Source: Octopus vulgaris (lineage: Eukaryota). From it: DNA of 64,000 bases. Positions within the stretch are counted from its first letter, which is position 1; the number at the start of each line of letters is the position of its first letter. Positions 36,055 through 48,160 of this stretch are shown in pieces. The stretch lies in the NCBI GenBank assembly GCA_951406725.2, contig OX597814.1, positions 66,216,001-66,280,000 on the forward strand, written 5' to 3'. The notes beneath the pieces were generated by a model that saw only the letters and a list, made by a program, of their open reading frames with translations, was not told the origin of the DNA and searched no databases. The translations under genes were made by a program, and so were the position numbers.

Positions 36055-37225
36055 GGGATCTTTTCTATTTTGAGGCCAGTTTTTTCAAATTTTTCCTACT
36101 GAACCAAACAATTTGAAACTTCGTATACTGGTAGAATGTGTCAAAAGTAAACTTAATTGTAAACCAGAATGAAAACGGAATTGTAACTTCTAAGTTTAAC
36201 GTTGTTTAATAATTAGAATTTTAACCAATGATATTCCGTCATTCGGCTTTATTTTATTTACTCCGTCTCGACCACCAATTTCGTGACGTATTTAACATCT
36301 TAAATGTAAACAAGTCAGCCACCTTCTAATAACAATATTTAAAACTAGTTAATAAGCCACATGTATTAAATTGAAAATGTTTCCATTCTGTATGTCTGCA
36401 TGTATGTGTGTGTGTATGTATGTGTAAGTATGTGTGTGTGTGTATGTATGTGTGTGTGTGTGTATGTATGTATAGCCGATTCATCGTAATCGTAATTACG
36501 ATGAATTGGCCATACATACATAGATACATACACACACACACATACATGCAGACATACATATACACATACACCGAGTAAAAAATTTCAGTTATCTCTCTCT
36601 TTCACACATTACTCTCTCTGTCTCTTCACACACACTAACAGAAGCACTTCACTTACACAACATACTGTCTCCCACACCCCATCAAACACACACACACACA
36701 CACATGTACATCAATGCTTCCCCTAGACGGTAACTTCAAAGACAAACTTCCCTCGTCATAAAATCGCTTCCTCTTAGTCTCTTTCGCTCTCATTACTTAT
36801 GTAAAAAAATAAAAGTTTTTTACGGAAATCGACGGAAAACTTGTGCTACGACAAGCGAAACTTCGCCGAAATTTAATATTAAAAAAGCAAAGAGCTGGCA
36901 GAAACGTTAGCACGCCGGGCGAAATGCGTAGCCGTATTTCGTCTGCCGTGTTTGTTTACAGTTTTCCGAACGTTAGTACGTCACAAAAGCGCTTTCTACG
37001 TCATACTAATAGAATGCAGTCAAGTTTTACACATGAAAACAAACAATCTGATTGGTTAAAATTCGCAGTTTTAATCTACGATTAAAGTCATAAAATAGAT
37101 TTTTCTCAAATAAACTAGTTCCAACCTGTGTCTTGTTTTGCTAGACTCTATCAGCATACGAAGTTTCAGATTATTTAGTTAAGTAGAAAGATCTGTGGTC
37201 CTGGCTTCAGAATAGAAAAGATCCC
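36055..37225. mobile_element. Non-autonomous TIR DNA transposon (1.17 kb), 25-bp TIRs, apparent 6-bp TSD
   Basis: GGGATCTTTTCTATTTTGAGGCCAG ... CTGGCTTCAGAATAGAAAAGATCCC; flanking AAATGA at 36049-36054 and 37226-37231; subterminal IR 36113-36146 / 37136-37168; SINE fragment at ~36890-36950. Confidence 0.85.
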
Positions 37226-37429
37226 AAATGAGGGATTCCTCATGGTCATTATCATCATCCTTTTCATCATCACTTTCAACATGGCCATCATCAATTCGAT
37301 GGTGACGATGTGAAGGTAGATAGAAAAGCAAAACGAGAATGCTGCCAATGTCAGGGTTGGTGATGATGATGAAGAGGAGGAGGAGGAGGAAGAGGAGGAG
37401 AAGGAGGATTATCATTATCGTCATCATCG

Positions 37430-37489
<60 letters not shown>

Positions 37490-37962
37490 CTACACCATAA
37501 TAATCATCAACACAGGCACCACTAGCATCATTTTTATCACTACTGTAATCCTCTTCAACATCATCATCTTTTACATTTTATTTCTACTCAAGGTTAGCGT
37601 TAATTGAACCTTGACACGACTATATCCGCTCCCAAATTACTGTCATCTCTCATTAATATTTAAAAAAAAAAGGATACAGGAGAAGGAAAAACAAACAAAA
37701 AATGGATCAAGACAAATGTTAAAAGAAGTGGAAAAAATTTTTTTTGAAAAACAGAAAGAAATCAAACAAGCGAGTAAAAGAGACTACGCAAAAAATGGGA
37801 TGGCAATGAAGCCCTTACTTGCAGTCTATAGAAGAAACTGCAGTCAACATCAGTGGTTAAATAAACACAACGGCTGTTCTAGTTCATGGTTCAACAAACC
37901 ATCCAAACAAACCATGCAAATATCGCATGACTGCACTTAAAGCTTTCTCTCTTCTACGCTCA

Positions 37963-38041
<79 letters not shown>

Positions 38042-38324
38042 ACACGCACACACACACGCACACACATACTCACACACAAACACACACACATCCTTTCTTT
38101 TCCTTGCTTTCTCATCTTCAATTTCCATTTGCTTCACAACACTACACGGTCGCTTTATCATTCCTAACTGTCTTTATTTCTCCTTATATGCATATGCACC
38201 CATCCACCCATCTTATCTTCTATCTCTCTAGTGTGAGTGTGTGTGTGTCCGTGTGTGCATACATATGAAAATCTGTCTGCTCCATCTAGAAATTCTTTCT
38301 TTTATGACACGTACCATCAAAAGG

Positions 38325-38445
<121 letters not shown>

Positions 38446-38779
38446 AATAATTAAATACAAATATTTTTTGAATCGTTATACTTTCCAAGGATCAGCAGCA
38501 TGTAACTTTGAGGGAACGATTCTGTCTGTCTATCGATCTATTTACCTATTTATGTTCGAATATGTATGTATGCATGTTCTCTCGTATTTTTTTAATTACT
38601 TCAATTCTCCTTGTATTCACAATTTGAGACCAGTTTTGTATATTTTTTCTATTCCGCTTCCAGTTTGCTTTTGCAATGTGCATGTTAGCTGGTTGAAAAA
38701 TCTTTTTATTTACTTTTTTTTTCAGAAAACCAAATTTTGTCCAAATTGTCATCTAGACATTTACTAACCAAGTGCACCA

Positions 38780-39375
38780 ATTACTATTGATATAAATGCG
38801 AATTTATAATCTTGGTATAGAAAGCGAAGGTTCCGAATCAGTTTTCCGTAATTATCCGTAATTATCAGTTTTCCATAATTATCCTTTAACTTTCGAAGAA
38901 GAGATATTCAAATGAGCAAGACAGCTGGTACTCATATTTCCTTGTCTATCCCAAACAACTATATCTGACCTGTTTATATTTGGGTTTTTGCATATTTTCC
39001 TACGTCTGGTGTAATATTCTGATACTCTATCTTTGCTCACCGCACCTTCGTATAATACATTTTAATCAATGCCCAGGTAGTTGTAGTATTCTTTGTGTGG
39101 AACAGAGGAGATAGAGAGACCGTTGATGCACATGTTGTGAGTCTGAAAGGTTGATTTTCTATGTTCAACAATCAAATACGAACACTTCTTTTGGCTAAAT
39201 TCCGTTCCCAAGTAATCTGAAAATGCTATTAACTCTAGCTGGATTATGTTGGGTGGGTGGGGAGGCATAGCAAATATGTTTAGCATAGACATTAAGAGCA
39301 ACTGCAAAAGATTTATGGATTACATCGGTACCTCTGCCTGTTGCAGACCCTAAGAGGTAGCCATTGGACTTTTGT
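38780..39375 (-). mobile_element. Decayed R4/Dong-type RT fragment
   Basis: FSDYLGTEFSQKKCSYL; YNYLGID; EYYTRRRKI. Confidence 0.6.
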
Positions 39376-39397
39376 AAAAGAAATAATTACGTATTTA

Positions 39398-39618
39398 CAG
39401 TAATCCCTCGCCATACTGCGGTTCAACTATCGCGGTTTATTATTTAAGCTTACGTCGATTCTTCCGTGATGTTGTTTTGCATTTATAATAAAACGAATAT
39501 ATACAAATTATAAAAATAATTTTAAAAAATACAGTACAGTGCTGTTTCTACTTCGCGGATTTTCACCTATCGCGGGGGTTTTGGGAACGTAAAACCCGCG
39601 ATAGTCATGGGATTACTG
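39398..39618. mobile_element. Tc1/mariner-superfamily (pogo/Tigger-like) MITE
   Basis: TA-CAGTAATCCC ... GGGATTACTG-TA; internal TATCGCGG repeats. Confidence 0.88.
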
Positions 39619-39775
39619 TAATGACAAAATAAACAGAATTACAGAAAGAATATCTACTTGAAATATTTCAAATATTTATAGCAGCGGTGACGATTGTTCC
39701 ACACTCGTTTATTGGTGTGAGGAATGTTTTCTGGGTCTTTGTGAGCCTCTCATTGGCAGAGAGTAAGATAACATA

Positions 39776-39945
39776 CATGTATGTATGTATGTATGTATGT
39801 ATGTATGTATGTATGTATGTATGTATGTATGTATGTATGTATGTATGTATGTATGTATGTATGTATGTATGTATGTATGTATGTATGTATGTATGTATGT
39901 ATGTATGTATGTATGTATGTATGTGTGTATGTATGTATGTATGTA
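39776..39945. repeat. (TATG)n microsatellite
   Basis: Direct inspection. Confidence 0.97.
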
Positions 39946-40149
39946 TAGTCTCTTTCTCTTTTTAATTTTAGAGTGAATTTTGACCGACCATCAACTCAGT
40001 AGCATGGTTGTGAAGAAAAGTATCATATTTTAATCATCATCCTTTAAATTTTACGAAGGTCTTGCAGATTTTTATAATCTCAGATACCAAGATTCCAAAT
40101 TCAAGTATGTATTATGTATATACGTACGTACGTATGTACGTATGTATGC

Positions 40150-41783
40150 ATGAATTATGTCATTATTCAGTTTTATTTTAAGATTTCTTGCCAATAGAGA
40201 AAAAAAACCTGGTTTCTAATCTAGATCCAAGGCTCCTTCATTGGAATTTCAACATCAACAACAGGGTATTTTTGCATGTATGTATGTACATGTGAAGATT
40301 TGTATTTTTTGTTTTATGTATGTATTCTCAAGCATATAGTTGCATATCTAGACATGCTCATATATACTTAAATGATAAACTTCTGGAAAGTTTTACAGAT
40401 TTTTACAGTTCCAGTGATGGCTTGGATCTGTAGTCTTCCAGTCACCTCTTTCCTTTCTGGTTTTGAGAAGCCTAATTTCTCAAGATTGATATTTAAGCAG
40501 TGTATTACATATCCCAGGGCCCCAATAATTACCGGTATAAGCCTGAACTTCTAATCTCGGTAGAGTAACTGCAGATTTCTCAATAGTTCAGCGCATGTAT
40601 TCTCTTTTTCACTGATCTTCAGCTTTATGTTAACATCCGCTAGGCATTTAATTTTCACAACTATATACAGTTTATCTTCTCTATGCCAAATCATTGTATT
40701 AGGTCTGTTGTGCTTATATTTTATTGAGGTCTTCATTGGAACATTCCACCAGTACTCTTTATCATGAGTGGCTATGGCTTCTACCATACTGTGAGCTCTT
40801 ATTTCTTTTTCCTCGGGTTTATCTTTCCGACAGATCTCATTACCCAGTGTCCTAGTTACAACATCATGTCTCATCGACAGATAATAACGTGATTACATTT
40901 TCGGAGAGCTACTTATGTGTGTGATATTTTCGGCGTTAACTCCACAAAGTCTGCTTCGGTTGTCACATTTTGCTGCTTTTCCTGCATTCCTGTTGTTTTT
41001 GTGCATCATGTATTTGGTTGATATTTCCTGTTCCTAGATTGCAAGCGCATACCCACTCAAAGTGGGATGTTGGAATCTGGTTGTTGGTCCATGATAGACT
41101 GCTTTGATGATCAATAATACTATCATCTCGGAGATTTCTACCAATATATCTATGCATGGTCTTCTGCTGATATATACTCAACCTTTCATCTGATACTTGC
41201 GGTAGAATTGTGTGACTTTTTGGGGCATGTATTTAAGGTTATCAGACAAGGAATGCTGCTCAAGAAGTTGCTTCCCAAGTCTCATGACAATTGGTGGTTA
41301 AAAGATGTTGTCGAAGGGATGAGATACAACATTCAAAGGCAATCTGGATTGATGTTAAGCCTCTGCCGCCTTGCTTTCGTTTAAGGTAGAGGCGGTCTAC
41401 GTCACTGTTGATGTGGAAATTATGTGTGCTTGATAGTATATTCCGAGTTTTTCACATCAATGGCTTGGATCTCATCAAGTGTCCAGTCAAGGAGCCCAAA
41501 TGTTGGTATGAGTACTGGCACTGCAAACACATTATGGGTCACTATTTTACTGAATGCTGGGATTCCTAGGTCCAAATTTTCTTTATTTGACTGTAATATT
41601 CTCTAGTGGCACGTGTTTTGTTGCAGGTGTCATTGTAAGATATGCTTTCATCAATCTCTAGATATTTGTAACATTCCCCATCAGATATAGGGGAAACAGT
41701 TAAGTCATTGTTAAAGATGTTGCTCCTCAGGTTTACAGCTTTCCCTTTTCACAACCATGTAGCAAAATTTATCCTGACCAAAC
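40150..41783 (-). mobile_element. 5'-truncated R4/Dong-type LINE in (CATA)n
   Basis: YKYLEIDE; NVFAVPVLIPTFG; DRLYLKRKQGGRGL; RLCGVNAENITHI..RHDVV; WWNVP..HNRPN; IIGALG; flanked by (TATG)n on both sides. Confidence 0.85.
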
Positions 41784-42189
41784 TATGTATGTATGTATGT
41801 ATGTATGTATGTATGTATGTATGTATGTATGTATGTATGCATGTATGTAAACACATTCGTCTTATACTTTTAATAGCCAATTTGTTCACCGTTTACCAGG
41901 GGAGACGTACTTCGACATCTCCCCACTGAGTGTCGAATATTGTGAAGTATTAAGAAGATAACTCATTTCTGAAGCAGCGTTACGTTTTCTGTAGTTCTGC
42001 AAAAAGTGTATGTATTCCTCTATAGTGGCAGTAAGAAACTGTTTTAGTGGGGCTCTGGCGTGTGATTTAAGGCTTATTTAGCTATTGTTTTTAGCATATT
42101 TCACGACCACAATTTAATAAACCAAAAATGATCGCATGAGTAAGCAACTTGTGACAGCTCAGCTTGTTACTACGGAAACAGGTGATCGT

Positions 42190-42650
42190 CTGTGGCGATG
42201 GATTGGCTAAAATTACCCCAAATTTGCAAGCTTTAAAAGCTATTGACTCTATTTATTGATTTATGGCGAAAATGAATTTCATGTCAAAGATTAATATACA
42301 AAACCATATCATTACACCAAATATTGAAGAAATTGAGGCGGCAGCAAAACGGAAAAGATCCGTCTCATGTTTCCATTTTTTGGTCAAGTGCTTGTCACAA
42401 ATTGTGAGCAAGGTACCAATTAAAACTATTCTTCAGAAACAAAGCTATGTCAAATATTGGCTGGGATCTAGCCTCTCTTTGTCTTGCTCGTTCAGCTTTC
42501 TGCCTGGCCTGTCGCTTTAGTGAGGTTTCATAGTGACTGTGTGCAGCTTGTCTGGCAGCATTCTGTTGAGGGTGAGCCTGTTGTTCTTCAGGCGTCTCTG
42601 GTTGTCTATGGACAGCCTGTCTGGTAGCATTCTGTTTTCTCAGGTTTTCT
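42190..42650 (-). mobile_element. Helitron Rep/helicase N-terminal remnant (23-aa STPR-like repeats)
   Basis: QNATRQAVHRQPETPEEQQAHPQ-QNAARQAAHSHYETSLKRQARQK (69-bp period) followed by IGTLLTIC..KKWKHET..LLPPQFL. Confidence 0.6.
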
Positions 42651-43052
42651 TCCAGCTACATTCCTAGTAAATTAAGAGCAGCAAATGTTGGGAGAGGTGA
42701 GGGGAAGAAATTATGAGAGTAAACTAATAAGAGTAGGAAAGAGGAAATAAAAGAGAAATTGATAACGTCCAGCCAAGGGAGTACAGTTGTTCCCTTCCCT
42801 TTTCCTCCTTTTTTTTTTGTTTACTTTTTATCTGCCCGCCTTTTTTCCTGTTTTACTACTGTTTGTGTTTTTTTACTTGGGATGCTGGTAAATTTGTATG
42901 AGGAGCTGTGAGTGATGAGAGAAAGAGGGAGGGATGAGAGTGCGAGTGTATAGAGAGAGGAATACATAGCGATAGAAGGAAAACGGTCGTATCAATTGAT
43001 AGTCAATGAGATAAACGAAGAGAAGATAAAAAAGAAAAGCAGGTATCGATAA

Positions 43053-43358
<306 letters not shown>

Positions 43359-44199
43359 AGACATATATATGTATGTTTGTATCAATGTGTGAGTCCGAGA
43401 TACAGACAAATATTTCGCAACAGCAACAAGAATATTATCTTTGTGTATTAAATATAGAAGAAACCTCTAACGAATGGAGAATTTCTATTTCTGATTATTA
43501 TACATAGAAATGTGAAGTGTTTAATGAAAAAGGAAAATAAACTTACTGATACATATATGAAAATACTATACATATTCTATATATTTAGCATTCCTAGACG
43601 AAGTGCTGCTTTCTGGCAAAGAAATAACGTAGTATATACGTAAGTATCTTCAGTTTTCATCAGCAATTCTAACAATGCAGCAAATGTTGTGTGTCGATCA
43701 GTCATCATGCACACTGGCTCTAACTAATCTCTTCAGTATTCATCGAAACTAACCGTCCCTTTCAAATCACTCTACCTGTACTGCATTATACATAAAACCA
43801 TTAATCATCTACAAAAGGCACAACTTTCAGAATTGGCGACTAAAGAAAAATATGCATAACATTTTATTAATAGAGATAAGTATTTCACAGACGTAATGAG
43901 AATATTATGTAAGTGTATAAACTTCAGTTGAAAACCATAAGAAACGGAGGGTTCTATTTCTGAATATCATACATAGTAATATAAATATATAGAATTCTAC
44001 TCATAGAAAAACATATCTGATTACATACATGAAAATAATTTATGTCACCCACTGACGAAACGAGTGGCAAAACGATTTTCTCTTATGCAAAAGAGATACA
44101 TGATCAATGAGCCGACAGATTACAAAATAGACAGATGTATTCCTGAATAAAGTATTTCCTTTCTGGCAAAAAGACAAAGACAGTGCAGCATATAATTTG

Positions 44200-44765
44200 G
44201 AGTGAGAGACCATCAACTGCGACAAGCGCGGGAAGACGAATCACAATCAATGAGTCTGCTACACTGCTAAACTGTAATTATAATGCTTTACAGAAGATGA
44301 GTAAAGAGGGTACCTCGGCTGTTGACACTCCATTTAAAAGAGAGAAGGGTAGAAGTCTGCTCAGAACTGCTAAAAGAGTTTGAAAACTCTGAAGATATGA
44401 GGGGATTTTTCCGATCTGTTGATAGGGGATAAAATGTGGGCATATTTTTGTGTTCTAGAATCGAAGGATCAGACTATGAAATAGTAGCAAACACCTTCTC
44501 CAAATCCTAAGAAGTTCAAAAACTAGCAAACGTCACAAAAAGTCATGAAGTCTACTTTGGTGGGTGAGAAGGGCATTATTCGCCATTTTATGGAACGTGA
44601 CTGTACCGTGATCAGTACTGTGAGATCATAAAGAGGAGATCGAACAAAAATCTGAAAATGCTCCACATTCCCCATAACAATACGCGACCTCACTTATATT
44701 TGGCAATGAACATCCGATGAGGTAGACGTGTCATACGTCCAGGAAACTTTAAGGAGGGGCTTAGT
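44200..44765 (+). mobile_element. mariner transposase remnant
   Basis: VPRLLTLHLKERRVEVCSELL; IGDKMW (TGDETW); SPNPKKFK..SQKVM; EKGII; HNNTRPH (HDNARPH). Confidence 0.8.
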
Positions 44766-45634
44766 CATGAAAATCATGAAAACTACAAGAAGACTACACG
44801 TGCGTGCGCACGCTCGCACACACAGACACACATATTTAAATACACACACACACACACACATACTCATACACACACGCACACACACATATACACACATACA
44901 CATAGACATAGGCGTGTATGTACCCCGTTGCTATACTTTTAACGACAATCATTCAAAACAAATTATTTATTTCACCTCTTCGTACATTCATTCCTTCCTT
45001 CATTGACTCGTTCCTTCGACCACCCCATTTATCTACGCTATCTCATTCCATTCTTTTATTCGGTCGAGAAGTCGGCCTGTCGGTCGGTCGGTCGGTCGGA
45101 TGGTTGGTCGGGTTGTTGGGCTGTTAAGACCATTTTTGGTCGGTTGATTTCACAAGTTATACGAACTACCTACCACACCTTCCTTCACAGTCATTTCACA
45201 TATTAGGAACGCTTATCTCACACAACTTTGGAGAACTTTGTGGTGCTTATAATTGTGTTACTCATCTCTACCTGTTTTTTTCTTTTTTTTTTTTTTTCTT
45301 CCACTTGATTCTCTAAATGAGCTGGAACGTTTCAGTTTCTAATGATATTCTATTTTTGTTATTATTGGTTTGTTTTCTTTTTTTTTCTTTTATGATCTTA
45401 TTTTATCAGAAGGAAAGAACTAAAGTTGTTACAATCATCGATCTCTATATTAAACACTTTATTATAACTCGGTGTTTTAATTGTTAAGAAACATAGACGA
45501 ACAAATCGATCCTTGAGTATAACTAGTATTTATTTTGAAGCTCTATCGATGAAACGAATTTTGTCATCGCCGTCGAAATCAAAACTGAAAACGTATAAAC
45601 AACGAGAGTGAGTATTTCGTAATATTTATCGAGG

Positions 45635-45852
45635 TTAATGTGGCGTATTGGTAGAATCATTACTACGCCGAGTAAAATGTTTAGCGGAATTTCCTGTCTT
45701 CGTGTTCTGAGTTCAAATGTTGCCTAAGTCAATTTTGCTTTTCATCATTTCGAAGTCGATAAAATAAGTACCAGTTGAGTACTGAAATCGATGTAAACGA
45801 CTTACCCTCACCCTCGAAATTGCTGGCTTTGTGCCAAAATTTGAAACCAATA
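45635..45852 (+). mobile_element. SINE
   Basis: ..GAGTTCAAAT..GTCGATAAAATAAGTACCAGTT..GGCTTTGTGCCAAAATTTGAAACC. Confidence 0.8.
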
Positions 45853-46150
45853 TATATCTAGGTCCAGTTTCGTTGGCAAAGTACTAGAAAACCAATGTTG
45901 CGGGTACACAATTGGTGACGTTGGACATTCTTCATTACCAAAGCACATCGCTCTTTACAATTTATCCTAATCAACAGTATGTAGATGTTACGCGTATATT
46001 TCACTGCTGCAATCAACACTGGCACTGTTGAGTCGATAACCCGCATGTGTGTGCGTAATTATGTTTTGGGAACGCATATAAACCAAATATATTTGGAAAA
46101 GCATATATATACTTACAAATGTTTTTACTTTACATATGTGTGTATGCATG

Positions 46151-46197
<47 letters not shown>

Positions 46198-46269
46198 TTT
46201 CCCAAATATTCCGCCCAGCGTGCAGACAATTCTGTTAGTTCGACGCCTTTATAATAAGTGACAATAAAA

Positions 46270-46705
46270 ATTATAATTTCAAATTTTGCCAAAAGCGCAC
46301 CCATTTGGGGGGGGAGGAGATAGTCGATTATATCGACCCAATGTTCAATTTGTACTTATTTTATCGATCTCGAAAGGATGAAAGGCACAGTTAACCCCGA
46401 TGGAATTTGAACTCAGAACGTAAGGACGGTCGAAATGCTGCTAAACATTTTGTCCGGCACAGTAACGATTCTGCCAACTCACCGCCTAAATAATAATAAT
46501 AATCCTTTCTACTAAAGGCACAAGGCCTGAAATGTTTGGGGAGTAAACATCGACATCAGTGTTTCACTGGTACTTAATTTATGGACCCCCGAAGGGGTGA
46601 TGGGCAAAATCGACCTCGGCGGGATTTGAACTCAGAACGTAGCGACAGACGAAGAACCACTAAGCGTTCCACCCGACGTGCTAACGATTCTGCCACCTTG
46701 CTGCC

Positions 46706-46706
<1 letters not shown>
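46270..46706 (-). mobile_element. Two head-to-tail SINE copies separated by short (AAT)n
   Basis: Units ~46270-46488 and ~46503-46706. Confidence 0.85.
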
Positions 46707-46757
<51 letters not shown>

Positions 46758-46776
46758 TGATGATGATGATGATGAT

Positions 46777-46869
<93 letters not shown>

Positions 46870-46930
46870 AAGAAGAAGAAGAAGAAGAAGAAGAAGAAGA
46901 AGAAGAAGAAGAAGAAGAAGAAGAAGAAGA
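46707..46930. repeat. Compound (AAT)n(GAT)n(AAT)n(AAG)n
   Basis: Direct inspection. Confidence 0.97.
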
Positions 46931-48070
46931 ATTTGATTGCCACAATGAATATCTGGGCAGTTGCGGTGCTCAGATATAGTGCGTTCATTCTCAAATGGAC
47001 TAAAGAGAGAATATCAACACTGGATAGAAGGACGAGAAAGTTGATGACGCTGCATGGAGTGCTACACCCTAAAGCAAACGTAAGCAAGCTGTATATGAAA
47101 AGAAAGAATGGTGGCAGTGGACAAATTAGTATAGACCATTGTATAAGGAGTGAAAGGAGAACGCTTGCGGAGTATTTGATAAGTAGTGATGAAGACGTGC
47201 TGCAATATGCCGCGAAAGATATGGATGTAAATGCAGATGAAATGATGAGCTGAAGAGAAGAGAAAGGAAGACCTTCTTGAAATGAGAATGCACGGACAGT
47301 TTGAAAGGAAAATACAGCATCGTGGGTATGGCTTGAGAGAGGTGATTTGAAGCGTGCCACCGAAAGCCTGATCTTTGCTGCACAAGACTAGGCTCTCGCT
47401 ACCAATTCAGTGAAGTATAACATCTATAAACCTTCTGACACCCAGAAATGCAGACTCCGTGGAAAGAGTGTAGAAAATGCCACCCACATGGTAAGTGGAT
47501 GTAAGAGCCTTGCACAAAAATAAATACAAGCGCCGCCACGATAAAGTGTGTTTGTATCTTCATTGGCTCTTATGACGTAAATACCAACATGAAGTAACTG
47601 AGAACTGGTATGAGCATGTACTAAGTAAAGATATCCAGGAAGGTGGAAAAGTAACGATACTCTGGGACTATGATTTTCAAACGGATCGTGTTATCGAACA
47701 CCGTCGGCTGGATATTGTTATATTGAATGAGAGATATACTTTCAGATCATTGTAGCTATACCAAATGACATGAATGTTGTGAGTAAAGATGTTGAAAAAA
47801 ATCACCAAGTACTCCGAATAGAAAAGTAGAAATGGCAAGACAGTATGGAAAGCGAGAAGGTAATGTAAAAGTGATACCAGTGGTGATCGGAGCGTTGGGC
47901 TCAATGCCATTGAAACTTCAAGATTTCTTAAAGCAACTCGAAATCCCATGCAAGATTGATGTCTTGCAAAAAGCAACCTTATTGGGTACAGCGCACACTT
48001 AAGGAAAGCATTATCTGTCTGAGGTCCTTGTGGGTGACTTGACACTTTTGCCAACACTGTGTTACGAAGA
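46930..48070 (+). mobile_element. 5'-truncated R4/Dong-type LINE in (AAT)/(AAG) microsatellite
   Basis: NIWAVAVLRYS..LDRRTRKLMT..LHPKA..LYMKRKNGG; ESLIFAAQD; KCRL..THMVSGC; RRHDKV; LWDYDFQTD..RRLDIV; LLGTAH. Confidence 0.9.
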
Positions 48071-48083
48071 AATAATAATAATG

Positions 48084-48159
<76 letters not shown>

Positions 48160-48160
<1 letters not shown>

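Noticed and set aside
43450-44200. Faint ~500-bp-period duplication
   Set aside because: Too decayed and AT-rich to define boundaries or meaning.
48020-48045. CCTTGTGGGT in the Dong 3' UTR resembling the Tx1-type tail
   Set aside because: The flanking stem is not formed as in the other tails; likely coincidence.
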